The notes below the pieces were generated by a model that saw only the letters and a program-made list of their open reading frames with translations, was not told where the DNA came from and did no database searches. Shown here one piece after another: positions 9,078 through 19,404 of a stretch of DNA of 64,000 nt. Origin of the DNA: an uncultured Gemmatimonadales bacterium. Its GTDB lineage: Bacteria > Gemmatimonadota > Gemmatimonadetes > Gemmatimonadales > GWC2-71-9. Each line of letters starts with the position of its first letter. Positions within the stretch are counted from its first letter, which is position 1. A program made the position numbers and the translations under genes. The stretch covers positions 32,001 through 96,000 of the forward strand of contig CAWJMT010000009.1 of NCBI GenBank assembly GCA_963844035.1. The letters run 5' to 3'.

Positions 9078-9959
9078 TTGCGACAAATGTCATCATTGGC
9101 GGAGCGTAGCTCCGCACGTCGTAACGCCGGGGTCCATTTGGCAGCGCACACTGAGACGAGCGAAGAGCGGTTTTCTTTCACTCCCTTCACGCGGCACGCA
9201 TTCTTCACTGACGTCAACCGTTGGATTGTGGAACGGGTTATCAGCCCGGGCCGACGTACTATCGTGGACCTGGGGTGCGGCCCCGGCGCGGTTACGCAAC
9301 TCATCGTTGATCAGTTGGGAAAGCGGGCCGATGCGCGCGTCATCGGCGTGGATCCGTCCCCTTCAGCACTCGAGAAGGCGCGCGTTGCGGTCACGTCCCG
9401 CGTCGCCGAGTTCGTGGAGGGCAGTGCCGAATGGGTGTCGCGCCTGGTGCCATCGGCCGATGCTGTCATTTTCTGCAACGCGATCCATCTTGTCCCGGAC
9501 AAGGCGAAGGTCATCGGCGAGATCCGCAAAGTCCTGAAGCGCGGTGGCGTGCTGGCCTTCAATTCCACCTTCTTCAACGGTGCCTACGTCGAGGGCACGA
9601 CCGGGTTCTGGCGGCGCTGGGTGGTGCGTGCCGTACAGGTACTGCGCGAGCGCGGGATTGCGGTCAACCACCAGGAACGGGCGACGGCGCGAGAGTTTCT
9701 GACCGCCGAAGACTACGCCAACCTCTGCGTGCAGGAGGGGTTCCGGCGCCCGACCGTCGAACTGCTCCGTGTGGAGATGACGCCCGAGAGCTTGGAAGAC
9801 ATCGGACGGTTCTCGCTCTTCATTGAGGGTGCCCTCCCGGGCGTACCCCTCGAGCAGGGTGCCGACGCACTGAGCGAAGGGCTGCGAAGAGCGCTCGATG
9901 AGACCGGGTTCAGTGGCGTGCCCCGCAACTGGCTCGAGTGCGTGGCGGTCGCGGCTTAA
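9078..9959 (+). CDS. Class I SAM-dependent methyltransferase (start uncertain, 9078-9138)
   Basis: IVDLGCGPG, IGVDPS, VLKRGG. Confidence 0.85.
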   Translation: MRQMSSLAERSSARRNAGVHLAAHTETSEERFSFTPFTRHAFFTDVNRWIVERVISPGRRTIVDLGCGPGAVTQLIVDQLGKRADARVIGVDPSPSALEKARVAVTSRVAEFVEGSAEWVSRLVPSADAVIFCNAIHLVPDKAKVIGEIRKVLKRGGVLAFNSTFFNGAYVEGTTGFWRRWVVRAVQVLRERGIAVNHQERATAREFLTAEDYANLCVQEGFRRPTVELLRVEMTPESLEDIGRFSLFIEGALPGVPLEQGADALSEGLRRALDETGFSGVPRNWLECVAVAA

Positions 9960-11227
9960 CTCAGGACGAATCGCAGCCGGCGGTGCGATTCCCGTAACGC
10001 CGCTTCGACCTGCTCCGGACGGTCACCCCGCGCGAAAATGAATCCCGGATAGCGAGCCCCCTCAGGCAGCGGCACCAAACGTTGCCCGCGGTGGGCCGTG
10101 ATCACTACCGCCTCGACCAGCGGCACCGCACGCGCTTCGTCCAATCCCTCCACCTCGCGCAGTTCCCCTGCCCCGGGAACCGGAATCATCATGACCCCGG
10201 ACGCCTGATCCTCTCGTCGTAACGCCGGCAGGTCCATCGCGAGGGCGTGACACACGATCAGCTCCTCCAGCGACGACCCTTCTTCTTTTCCACTTCCCTC
10301 TTCCCCGACGTTGAATCGAAGCGCCGCGCTGCAGCGCCCGCCGATGGGACGAGCCGCCAGCTCGATCAGCCAGGGACCCCGATCGTTGTGTCGCAGCTCC
10401 GCATGCACCGGACCCTCGACCAGACCCAGCGCCGTCACGGCCGCCTGCGCGGTCGCCGCGATCGCACGCAGCGCACCATCCCCCAGGCGCGACGGGGTTA
10501 CGTAGATCGTCTCCTCGAAGAACGGCCCGTCGAGCGGATCGGGCTTGTCGAACACCGCGAGCACCTGCAGGCGCCCACTGACCAACAATCCTTCGAGTGC
10601 GACCTCGGGTCCCGGGATGAAGTCTTCGACCAGCATGCGCCGCGCGGGCTCACCGCATGCCGCGACTTCGGGGGCGGCCAGGATGGCACACAGGCGGCGG
10701 AACGCGGCCGTGAACCCGGTGGGCGTGTCGGCGCGGATGACGCCACGCGAGGCGGACAGACGCAGCGGCTTGAGCACGCACGGGTAGGCGACTTGGCGCG
10801 CGAGCGCCTCGGGATCGGCGTCGCTCGGGAACACGGCGAAGCGCGGCACGGGGACGCCGGCCGCGGCGAGCCGCTCGCGCTGCTGGTGCTTGTCACGCGC
10901 CGCGAGCGCCGCCTGCACCGGATTGCCGCGCAACTCGAGCCGGGCTGCGACCGCCGCCGCAACGATCGCGGTGTCGTCGTCCACGCCGACCACTCCGGCG
11001 ACCGGATGCTCGAGCGCAAAGGCGCCCGCTTGCTCCGCGGCGCGAGCGGGGTCGGCGAACGCGAGGGTGAGCAGGCCGCTCGGCTGCGCGCTCTCGAACG
11101 TACTGGGGAACTCGGAGGCCACGGTCAACTCGACACCGAGCCGCCTGGCGGCTTCGACGAACGCTGTGGCGCGGTACGTGGTGGTGGGCAACAACAACAG
11201 CAGGCGAGGCGAATCGGGGCGCGCCAT
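9956..11227 (-). CDS. ATP-grasp ligase (L-amino-acid-ligase-like)
   Basis: ARDKHQQR, YPCVLKP, SASRGV, VEDFIPGPE, HAELR, IELAARPIGG. Confidence 0.88.
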   Translation of the reverse strand: MARPDSPRLLLLLPTTTYRATAFVEAARRLGVELTVASEFPSTFESAQPSGLLTLAFADPARAAEQAGAFALEHPVAGVVGVDDDTAIVAAAVAARLELRGNPVQAALAARDKHQQRERLAAAGVPVPRFAVFPSDADPEALARQVAYPCVLKPLRLSASRGVIRADTPTGFTAAFRRLCAILAAPEVAACGEPARRMLVEDFIPGPEVALEGLLVSGRLQVLAVFDKPDPLDGPFFEETIYVTPSRLGDGALRAIAATAQAAVTALGLVEGPVHAELRHNDRGPWLIELAARPIGGRCSAALRFNVGEEGSGKEEGSSLEELIVCHALAMDLPALRREDQASGVMMIPVPGAGELREVEGLDEARAVPLVEAVVITAHRGQRLVPLPEGARYPGFIFARGDRPEQVEAALRESHRRLRFVLS

Positions 11228-11235
11228 AGCGCGCG

Positions 11236-11844
11236 CTACTTCTTGGCGGAGGCGAAGTAGGGGTTGGAGCCGGAGGAGTGGTCGGTCACGTCGACCAACC
11301 CTTTCACTGCGGGCGCGTGCTCATGCAGCATCGCTTCGATGCCCTGGCGGAGCGTTACGTCGGCCATGCCGCATCCCTGGCACCCGCCACCCATCCGCAG
11401 CATGACCACCCCGTCCTGAACGTCGATCAGTTCCACGGCACCGCCGTGGCGTGCGACCATCGGGTTCACCTTGGTCTCGAAGATCTGGGCGACCTGCTCG
11501 TACAAGGCGTCATCGTCCGTCGATGCCGCCGCTGTCTCGCGGGGCGTGACGGCGGGAGCGCTGGTCGAGAGCGCCGCGCGAATCGCCGCGCCGACCGACT
11601 TGCCGATGGCGGTCCAGGGGGTGGGGCTGCGCTTGACGACGGTGACCAGGTTGCCCGACACAACGACCTCGGCAACCCCCGCCGCTGGGATGCCGAAGAT
11701 CGCCGCCGCGAGCGGCGAGCCGGCCGCTTCGTCGGCCGAGGCAAAGCGCCGCACCCCGCCCGCGTGCACCGGCTGGCTGACGAGGAACTTGCAGCGATCG
11801 TTGTCGATCGGCTCGGCGGTAATCTTTACGTCGGGACCGCTCAT
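11236..11844 (-). CDS. NfuA/NifU-like Fe-S carrier
   Basis: Nfu N-terminal domain, then NPMVARHGG...MGGGCQGCG. Confidence 0.9.
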   Translation of the reverse strand: MSGPDVKITAEPIDNDRCKFLVSQPVHAGGVRRFASADEAAGSPLAAAIFGIPAAGVAEVVVSGNLVTVVKRSPTPWTAIGKSVGAAIRAALSTSAPAVTPRETAAASTDDDALYEQVAQIFETKVNPMVARHGGAVELIDVQDGVVMLRMGGGCQGCGMADVTLRQGIEAMLHEHAPAVKGLVDVTDHSSGSNPYFASAKK

Positions 11845-11895
11845 ATAGCGAAGTATGCCCGCCCAGTGTGAAGCGGTCAACGGCGCGGACTGCGC

Positions 11896-14190
11896 TCAAT
11901 CCGCGGGCGCCTTGCTCCCGGTCCGGAGCCGGCGGGCCGCCTCGACCATGTTCCGCAGGGAAGGCAATGTCTCTTCCCACCCGCGCGTTTTGAGGCCGCA
12001 GTCCGGATTCACCCAGATCTGCTGGCGATCGAGTACGTCCCGCATCCGGTTCAACGCATCCACGATTTCGGTCGTGCTCGGAACGCGGGGGGAATGGATA
12101 TCGTAGACGCCCGGTCCGATCTCGTTCGGATACTTGTACTCCTTGAACGCCTCGAGCAGCTCTGAGCCCGAGCGTGCGCTCTCGATCGAAATCGCATCCG
12201 CGTCCATTCGCTCGATCACGCGGATGACGTCGTTGAACTCGCTGTAACACATGTGGGTGTGGATCTGCGTCTCATCCTTGACGCCGGCGGTCGCGAGGCG
12301 GAATGCGTTGACCGCCCACTCGAGATACCCGGCCCACTCGGCCCGTCGCAGCGGCAGCCCTTCCCGTATCGCAGGCTCGTCGATCTGGATCACCCGGATC
12401 TTGGCGGTCTCGAGGTCGCGCACTTCGTCGCGGATCGCGAGCGCGAGCTGTTTCGCGGTCTCCGACCGGGGCTGATCATCCCGCACAAACGACCACTGCA
12501 GGATCGTCACCGGACCGGTCAACATGCCCTTGACCGGCTGGCTGGTTTGCGACTGGGCGTACGAGGTCCACCGCACGGTCATCGCCTTGGGGCGCGACAC
12601 GTCGCCGAAAATGATCGGCGGCTTGACGCAGCGGGTGCCGTACGACTGCACCCAGCCGTACTCCGTGAACGCGAACCCCTGCAGCTGCTCGCCGAAGTAT
12701 TCCACCATGTCGTTGCGTTCGAACTCCCCGTGGACCAGCACGTCGAGTCCGATCTCCTCCTGCACCTTCAATGTCTTACGGATCTGCTCCTCGATGAACG
12801 TGTCGTATACGGCGGGCGTCATCTTGCCGTCGGTCAGCTGGCGGCGCGCGTTGCGCACCTCGGCGGTCTGCGGGAACGAGCCGATCGTCGTGGTCGGGTA
12901 GAGTGGAAGCGCGACCTGCGCGCGGCGCCGCGTGGCGAACGGCGACGTCCTGCGGTAGTCGGGTTCGGCGACCGCCGCCGCGCGCTGCTTCACGGCCGCG
13001 TTATGGATCCGGGTCGACGTACGCCGTCCGGCGATCGCTTTGGCGTTGGCCTCGAGCTCGGCCGCCACTGTGGCGCGACCTTTTCCCACCGCGCGGGTCA
13101 GCGTGGCTACTTCGGTCAGCTTCTGCTTTGCGAACGCCAGCCAGCCTTTGAGTTCGGGATCGAGCTTCTGCTCCAGGTCGAGGTCGACCGGGACATGCGC
13201 CAGCGAGCTGGACGGCGCCACCCACAGATGTTCGGCTCCAGCCTTCGCCTGGCCGCGCTCCAGCAAACTGAGTGCGGCGCCGAGATCGCCCTTCCAGATG
13301 TTGCGCCCATCGATCACGCCCAGCGACAGCACGCGGCCGGAGGGCCACGCCGCCAGCAGCGCGTCGAGCTGCCGTGGCGCGCGCGTGAGATCCACGTGCA
13401 GTCCGGCAGCCGGCAGCGCGAGCGCGGTGCTCAGGTTGTCGTCCAGACCGCCGAAGTACGTCGTCAACAGGATTTTCGCCTTCGGAGCCCGCTCCGCCAG
13501 CAGCGTGTACGCCCTGCGATAGGCGTCCCGTTCCGCCGCCGTCCGATCGAGCACCAGGCAGGGTTCGTCCAGCTGCACCCAGGTTGCTCCCGCCGCAACG
13601 AGGCCGTTCAGCACCTCGACGTAGATCGGCAGCAGGCGGTCCAGCAGCTCGAGACGATCGAACCGCGCGCCGCGGCTCTTCCCGAGGAGCAGGTAGGTCA
13701 TCGGTCCGACGAGCACCGGCTTCGTGGTGATGCCCAGCGCCTTTGCCTCCCGGAACTCGTCGATCGGCTTGGTGGACGCCAGGCTGAACTTCTGGTCGCG
13801 GTCGAACTCGGGCACGATGTAGTGGTAGTTGGTATCGAACCACTTCGTCATTTCCATCGCGATGACGTCGCGCCCCGCCCGCTGCGCGCCGCGCGCCATT
13901 GCGAAATACGTGTCCAGGTCCACCTTGCCGCCCGTCCACCCGTAGCGCTCGGGGACTGCCCCGACCAGCGCGCTCGTATCGAGGACGCGGTCGTAGAACG
14001 AGAAGTCATTCGACGGAACCAGGTCGATTCCCGCCGCCTGCTGGAGGCGCCAGTGCGCCGCGCGCAATTCGGATCCCGCTCGCAGCAAGTCCGCCTGGGA
14101 CGCTTTGCCGCTCCAATAGCTTTCGGTGGCGCGCTTTAGCTCGCGTTTCGCGCCGATCGACGGGAACCCGAGTGTGTGAGAGGTTGGCAT
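11896..14190 (-). CDS. metE: Cobalamin-independent methionine synthase
   Basis: EMTKWFDTNYHY, TTTIGSFPQT, HTHMCYSEF, WVNPDCGLKTR. Confidence 0.98.
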   Translation of the reverse strand: MPTSHTLGFPSIGAKRELKRATESYWSGKASQADLLRAGSELRAAHWRLQQAAGIDLVPSNDFSFYDRVLDTSALVGAVPERYGWTGGKVDLDTYFAMARGAQRAGRDVIAMEMTKWFDTNYHYIVPEFDRDQKFSLASTKPIDEFREAKALGITTKPVLVGPMTYLLLGKSRGARFDRLELLDRLLPIYVEVLNGLVAAGATWVQLDEPCLVLDRTAAERDAYRRAYTLLAERAPKAKILLTTYFGGLDDNLSTALALPAAGLHVDLTRAPRQLDALLAAWPSGRVLSLGVIDGRNIWKGDLGAALSLLERGQAKAGAEHLWVAPSSSLAHVPVDLDLEQKLDPELKGWLAFAKQKLTEVATLTRAVGKGRATVAAELEANAKAIAGRRTSTRIHNAAVKQRAAAVAEPDYRRTSPFATRRRAQVALPLYPTTTIGSFPQTAEVRNARRQLTDGKMTPAVYDTFIEEQIRKTLKVQEEIGLDVLVHGEFERNDMVEYFGEQLQGFAFTEYGWVQSYGTRCVKPPIIFGDVSRPKAMTVRWTSYAQSQTSQPVKGMLTGPVTILQWSFVRDDQPRSETAKQLALAIRDEVRDLETAKIRVIQIDEPAIREGLPLRRAEWAGYLEWAVNAFRLATAGVKDETQIHTHMCYSEFNDVIRVIERMDADAISIESARSGSELLEAFKEYKYPNEIGPGVYDIHSPRVPSTTEIVDALNRMRDVLDRQQIWVNPDCGLKTRGWEETLPSLRNMVEAARRLRTGSKAPAD

Positions 14191-14280
14191 AGGGGGGAGA
14201 ATCTACCTAGGGGGTGAAGTGGGGGAAACCGGTTATCTTCCCCGCCAGGCCCGGAACGACATTCTCGACACGGAGGATTT

Positions 14281-14646
14281 GTGCGTCTTGCTACACTCGC
14301 GATAGCGGCCGTCGTGGCCGCCTGGGGATGCGCCTCGACGTCAACCGCGAGCAAGTCGGCGGTGATCGTCAATGCTCCCAAGCCCAGCAGTCCAGAAGAA
14401 ATCATCATCTATGAGTACAAATACGTCCCGTCGACCCTGACCGTCCCGGTCGGCACGACCGTCACATGGGTCAACTACGACGTCGCGCCCCACACCGCCA
14501 CGTACCGGAGCTTCACCGACGAGGCCTTCGATACGGGCAACATGGCGGCCAATGCGCTCTATCGCCACAAGTTCCGTACGGCCGGGACCTACGGCTACAT
14601 CTGCGTCTACCACCAGGGGATGCGCGGAACCGTCGTCGTTCAATAG
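14281..14646 (+). CDS. Cupredoxin (amicyanin/plastocyanin-like) lipoprotein
   Basis: Lipobox AWGC; type-1 Cu ligands PHTAT...CVYHQGM. Confidence 0.88.
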   Translation: MRLATLAIAAVVAAWGCASTSTASKSAVIVNAPKPSSPEEIIIYEYKYVPSTLTVPVGTTVTWVNYDVAPHTATYRSFTDEAFDTGNMAANALYRHKFRTAGTYGYICVYHQGMRGTVVVQ

Positions 14647-14663
14647 TCCCGCCCGCGGCGACT

Positions 14664-15116
14664 CTACCGCCGCCGCATCACGAAGTTGACGGTATCGACG
14701 ACCCACGGCTGCAGCGCGACGTGGTCCGCATCGGCCAGCACTGCGATCAAGCGATGGGGCCCGTTCGCCACACCTTCGAACGTGTACTCCGATTGTCCCT
14801 TGCCGAGGTGCACGATGTAGGGATTCCCTGAGGGGATGCCCTGGTCGGGCTTGGTCACATCGACGTCGAGGAACAGATGGTGGTGCGCCGTTCCCGCGCG
14901 ATGCTCGGCCGCGGGGGCGATCTCTACACCCTCGGCTTCGAGCTTCACGAGAACGCTGCTGCCGGTGATGGTGTCGTTTTCAGCCGGCTGGACGATCCGC
15001 ACCTTCGGAGCGTGGGCCGCGTGCGGGGCAGCCTGGGCTGCGGCAGCGCCGAACCCCGACGCGACCAGCGCAACAGCGCCGACACCACTGGCCAGTGTGC
15101 ACATCCTGCTCATCAT
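14664..15116 (-). CDS. Secreted DUF4399-like His-rich protein
   Basis: Signal peptide; GTAHHHLFLD, IVHLGKGQ, LADADH. Confidence 0.7.
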   Translation of the reverse strand: MMSRMCTLASGVGAVALVASGFGAAAAQAAPHAAHAPKVRIVQPAENDTITGSSVLVKLEAEGVEIAPAAEHRAGTAHHHLFLDVDVTKPDQGIPSGNPYIVHLGKGQSEYTFEGVANGPHRLIAVLADADHVALQPWVVDTVNFVMRRR

Positions 15117-15277
15117 AGAGAGATGACCCCCGTCCGAAGGGTGTGATAGGTTGATCGCGGAACGAGCGCCCGCGGCATTGTCAGGAAACATACCCGGTGA
15201 ACGGGGACCCCGGAGCACCCAGGGCGCCAGGGCCGTTCCACTGTGGAGCGCCCCCCGGGTTGAGTCGACCAACACTG

Positions 15278-16117
15278 TCAGCCGATCATGCCGAGTTTGC
15301 GCTCGAGCGCCTGGTGCCGTGATCGACTGACCTTTAACCGCGTGCCCGATTTGAGCTGCACTTCGTAGTCGCCGCCGGGCCGCCGCCGCAAGGAATCCAC
15401 CAGGTCCAGCCGGACGATCCGCGAGCGATGGATGCGCATGAATCGCTCCGGGTCGAGTTGCTCCTCTAGCGTCTGCATCGAAACACGGATGATGTAGCGC
15501 TGATCGACTACGTGTAGCCGCGCATACGGTCCGCTCGCGGCGATGAACTCGATCTCCGCCACCGGTACGACGCGCGTCTGGCCGGCGAGTGTCACCGGAA
15601 TCCGTTCGATGTACCGCTTCCCGGTGGCGGATGCCGACGGTGTGACCGCAGCCGCTGTCGCTTCTGCCGTCGGACCGCGCGGCATGCCCGGGCTCTGGAG
15701 CACCGTAAGAAGCCGGTCACGCAGCTGGCCGATCTCCTCATAGGCGATCAGGCGTCTAGCCCGGCGGAAGGCTTGCTCGAAGCGCTCATCATCGAAGGGT
15801 TTCACCAAGTAGTCCACTGCCGCCACATCGAAGGCCTGCAGGGCGTATTGATCGCCGGCCGTCACAAAGACGGTAGCCGGCATTGCGACCGGTCCGATTT
15901 CGCGCACGACGTCGAGCCCGGTCTTGCCCGGCATTTGGACGTCTAGGAAGACGAGGTCTGGGCGGAGCGTGCGTATCGCTTCGACGGCGGCGGCGCCATC
16001 GCCTGCCGTGCCCACCACTTCGACTCCCTCTTCGTGTGCGAGCAGATCTTCGACCCGCATGCGTCCCAAGGGCTCGTCGTCCACGACCACTACGCGGAAT
16101 ACGCGATCAGTGGGCAT
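15278..16117 (-). CDS. LytTR-family response regulator
   Basis: VVDDEP, FLDVQMP, YLVKPFD; LytTR FMRIHRS. Confidence 0.93.
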   Translation of the reverse strand: MPTDRVFRVVVVDDEPLGRMRVEDLLAHEEGVEVVGTAGDGAAAVEAIRTLRPDLVFLDVQMPGKTGLDVVREIGPVAMPATVFVTAGDQYALQAFDVAAVDYLVKPFDDERFEQAFRRARRLIAYEEIGQLRDRLLTVLQSPGMPRGPTAEATAAAVTPSASATGKRYIERIPVTLAGQTRVVPVAEIEFIAASGPYARLHVVDQRYIIRVSMQTLEEQLDPERFMRIHRSRIVRLDLVDSLRRRPGGDYEVQLKSGTRLKVSRSRHQALERKLGMIG

Positions 16118-17288
16118 GACTCATCGCTTCCATTGGGGCGGGCGTGGTCAACGCCACGCGTTGCGGAACGCGCACTTCGGCGATCATCCCTCCGCCTGCC
16201 TGCGGGACCAGCCTGAATCGGCCCGCCGTGCCGTGCAGCTGCTCCAGACGCGCCACAGTGTTGCGGAGTCCGATGCCGCTGCGACGCGCGGGTTCCTCAC
16301 CCACAGCCGGCGTCGACATGCATGGCGAGGTCTCAACGGGCCCATTGTCTCGCACCCGCAACACGAGCTCCGTACCCTCCAGCCTCGCCTCGATATCGAT
16401 CCGTCCAGTGTCGGTCAAGCGCTCCACGCCGTGCGTGATCGCATTCTCCGCAAGCGGCTGTAGGATCAAGGTCGGCACTAACAGGTCGAGCGCGCGTGTC
16501 TCCGCGTCGATCTCGACCTGTAGTCTGTTCTGAAAACGCACCTGCATGATGTCCAGGTAGTGCCGGAGTAGCACCAGTTCCTGCCGCAGCGGAATTTCAG
16601 GGGCGTCGGCCCCCTCCAAGCTGAAGCGCAGTAGCTCACTGAGACGGGCAATCATCCGCCGCACGACTTTGGGGTCGCGCTCCACCATCGAAGCGATGGC
16701 GTTCAACGTGTTGAAGAGGAAGTGAGGATCGAGCTGGCGCCGCAGCGCGTCGAGGCGAGCTTGCGCGAGTCGGGCCTGAAGGTGGGCCGTCTGTGCTTGG
16801 CGTGCCCGGTAGCGCAGCGAATAGGCCCGCGCGAGCCCCGCAGCGACAACCCCGAGATAGAGGCCCAAAGCGTTCATGAAGCCGAACCAAAACGGCGGGG
16901 GCAGCCGCCGCATCCCGAGTGGTGGCTTGAAGGCTATCTCGCGGAGTGCCGTTCCTAACTCGGCGAGCCCTCCAGCGATGAGCGCGCCAAGGGCCGTGAA
17001 CAACAACAGCTGTCCAGCAGGACTCCGACCTTCACTGCTCGCACGGCCGGTGATCCAGAAGAGAAGAGGGGTAAGCAGAGCCCAGCAGAGCGACTCGACC
17101 ACGGCGATCAGCACCGGCCCCGATGCCAAATCGAATCGCGCGCCGGCCCAACCCACGCCGAACACCCGATTCGCGACGGTCAGGAAGGCGTACAACGTCC
17201 AGAACGCGGCGATAAACGCCAGCTCGCGCCGGGTGAGCGGAAGCTGTTCCGTCGGTGCTATGCCGCCACGTGCATCGGATCCGCGCAT
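16107..17288 (-). CDS. LytS-type membrane sensor histidine kinase
   Basis: TM N-terminus; QLDPHFLFNTLNAI, QPLAENAITHG, GIGLRN. Start uncertain. Confidence 0.9.
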   Translation of the reverse strand: MRGSDARGGIAPTEQLPLTRRELAFIAAFWTLYAFLTVANRVFGVGWAGARFDLASGPVLIAVVESLCWALLTPLLFWITGRASSEGRSPAGQLLLFTALGALIAGGLAELGTALREIAFKPPLGMRRLPPPFWFGFMNALGLYLGVVAAGLARAYSLRYRARQAQTAHLQARLAQARLDALRRQLDPHFLFNTLNAIASMVERDPKVVRRMIARLSELLRFSLEGADAPEIPLRQELVLLRHYLDIMQVRFQNRLQVEIDAETRALDLLVPTLILQPLAENAITHGVERLTDTGRIDIEARLEGTELVLRVRDNGPVETSPCMSTPAVGEEPARRSGIGLRNTVARLEQLHGTAGRFRLVPQAGGGMIAEVRVPQRVALTTPAPMEAMSHAH

Positions 17289-17576
17289 GCCCTGCCGTAG
17301 TGAAAGGTCCCCTTCAGCATACCCGCACCAGCGCGGCTTGCCTAGGAATTCTATCACTGCTGGCACAGCCGGCCGCCCGTCCCGCGCCGAGTCTGCGGAG
17401 CAGGGTATTCCAGCGCTCCATTCGTTTCACGCACGTGCCGTTCGCGACAGCCGCGTGCAAGTCGTGACAAGACAAACACTTCGGGTCCTGCTCCGCGGTA
17501 TGTTCGTCTCAGGCGGTCGCGTTGCAGGGTGGCGGACTAGCAGTCAGCGCAGTGCCGCCTCGAATGTGAGGACACG

Positions 17577-18037
17577 ATGATGATGAAGCAGCGAATCATG
17601 GCCGCGACAGCGGTCATCGGTAGTAGCGCCTTGGGGCCTGGGGATATCAGCGCGCTGAGGCGAACACGGAGCCGACCTACCGTCTCGCTCCCGTCGAGCG
17701 CGGTACGCTGCAGTGGACGGTCGAAGTTGGCACGCAGGTGTCCGGACAGGTGTCAGCAATCCACGCCGACTATAACGACACAGTGAAACAAGGGCAGCTC
17801 TTGGCGCGCATCGACCCAACGCTGCAGCACCAGGCGGCGCAGGACGCGCAGCCTGGCGTTGCCCGCGCGCAGGCGCAGCTCACGCAGGCACAGCCGGAGT
17901 ACGAGCGGACGAAGACGCTGCACGATCAGAAGATCCTCACCGACACCGAGCTCAACACGGCTGCCTCCAACTATGCGGTGGCACAGGTGGATGCAACCGT
18001 CGGCCCGCTCGATGCCGAGTGTTGCACGGCATGGTAA
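17577..18037 (+). pseudogene. Truncated efflux periplasmic adaptor (MacA/HlyD-like) remnant
   Basis: VEVGTQVSGQVSAIHADYNDTVKQGQLLARIDP, but frameshifted N-terminus, apparent internal deletion and no C-terminal half. Confidence 0.65.
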
Positions 18038-18041
18038 CGCG

Positions 18042-18452
18042 ATGACCGAGCCACCTGCCGCGTCCCCCGGGCGCCCGTCCGCACGGGTGTTCGCCAGTCT
18101 CGTCCTGGCGTTGGCCTTGGCGGTCGGGGTGCTAGCAGGGATCGCGCTCGACCGTCTCGTGCTACTCCCCCGGCCGTTCCGTGGCGTCATGCGGCCTCCC
18201 GGCTGGGTTGGCGGGCCACCGCGAGGCGGTCCTGAGCTCCTGGGAGGTCCCGCGCCGGAGCGCGACGACGTCACGCGTCGCTTTCTCGGGGAGCGCTTGG
18301 CGCGGGAACTCGAGCTCACGCCGGCGCAGCGCGTCCTACTCGATTCGATCGTGGCGCGGCAAGTGACGGAGCTGACCGCGTTCCGGAACGACGTTCAGCG
18401 ACGGCTCTGGCGCAGGTTCGAGTCTTGCCGCGATACCCTGGAGGCGATCTGA
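18042..18452 (+). CDS. Membrane-anchored helical periplasmic protein, possibly frameshifted near the C-terminus
   Basis: TM ALAVGVLAGIALDR; LARELELTPAQR motif. Confidence 0.5.
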   Translation: MTEPPAASPGRPSARVFASLVLALALAVGVLAGIALDRLVLLPRPFRGVMRPPGWVGGPPRGGPELLGGPAPERDDVTRRFLGERLARELELTPAQRVLLDSIVARQVTELTAFRNDVQRRLWRRFESCRDTLEAI

Positions 18453-18597
18453 CGCCCGAGCAGAGGCGCGCTTCCGCCTGCTGCGCAAACGAGAATGGTT
18501 CGGCGAGTAGTGGTGGTATCGTGCCCTGTGACCCCCACTGGTGCAGTTTCCAAGTCACGATCAACAACAAATGATGAACAACAAATAAGGAGGAAGT

Positions 18598-19146
18598 GTG
18601 CGTACACGGACTGTGGCTCTGTTCTTTGCCGCGCTACTCGTGGTCGCAACCGCTGCCGAAGCTCAAGGAGGCGGTTCTGGGGGCGGCATGGGCGGTGGCG
18701 GCATGGGCGGTGGCGGCATGGGAGGCGGAGGGATGGGTCGGCCGATGGGACCACCCCGGGGCGAACATCCTGATCCCCTGCTCCTCGAAGGGCCACCGGC
18801 ACCCAAGGAGATGGGGACGATCGTCACCCTCGACACCACCCAACGAGCTCGATACGCGACGCTCTACGAAAACTTCATGAAGGACACTAAGGCCGATCGC
18901 GAAGAACTGCGCAATCTCCACCAGCAGATGCGGGAGGCTATGGAGAATCAAGACCGGTCCAGCGGCATGCGGTTCATGGAGACGACGCGGGAGCTGACCG
19001 ATCGTCTTCACACGGGACAGGAGGCGTTCGACAAGAGCCTGAAGTCGCTCTTGAGCAAAGAGCAGTGGAAGACGTACGACAAGTGGCGAAAGGATACCCG
19101 GAAGAAGATGGAAGACGCGCATGGCCCGCAGCGAGGGCACCCGTAA
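18598..19146 (+). CDS. Secreted Gly/Met-rich helical protein (Spy/CpxP-like)
   Basis: AGGAGG RBS; signal peptide; GGGMG repeats; LDTTQ and LSKEQW motifs. Confidence 0.7.
   Translation: MRTRTVALFFAALLVVATAAEAQGGGSGGGMGGGGMGGGGMGGGGMGRPMGPPRGEHPDPLLLEGPPAPKEMGTIVTLDTTQRARYATLYENFMKDTKADREELRNLHQQMREAMENQDRSSGMRFMETTRELTDRLHTGQEAFDKSLKSLLSKEQWKTYDKWRKDTRKKMEDAHGPQRGHP
18682..18738 (+). repeat. 15-bp coding tandem repeat (GGGMG)n
   Basis: GGCGGCATGGGCGGT x2 plus degenerate copies. Confidence 0.8.
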
Positions 19147-19276
19147 GTGGGACGGCGTTCTGGCTGATGCCTTGCCCGTGCTTGACGCGGGCCGTCCGTC
19201 TCGCCGCCGGGGGACAATAGGGGACAATGCGCCAAAACGACGGGATGCGCTCTTCGCTAACTGCTTGTGCGACAAG

Positions 19277-19349
<73 letters not shown>

Positions 19350-19404
19350 GGGCTATGCAGGGGAAGAACTTAGCGGGCTGCGGGGTGCGGTGGGAGTGCT
19401 GGTG

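Noticed and set aside
12253..14139. 628-aa ORF antisense to metE, and similar long antisense ORFs (1689-3476, 33586-35241, 35845-37215)
   Set aside because: Shadow ORFs typical of high-GC3 genes; no recognisable motifs.
14191..14280. SAM or cobalamin riboswitch upstream of metE
   Set aside because: Only 90 nt shared with a divergent gene; no recognisable riboswitch core.
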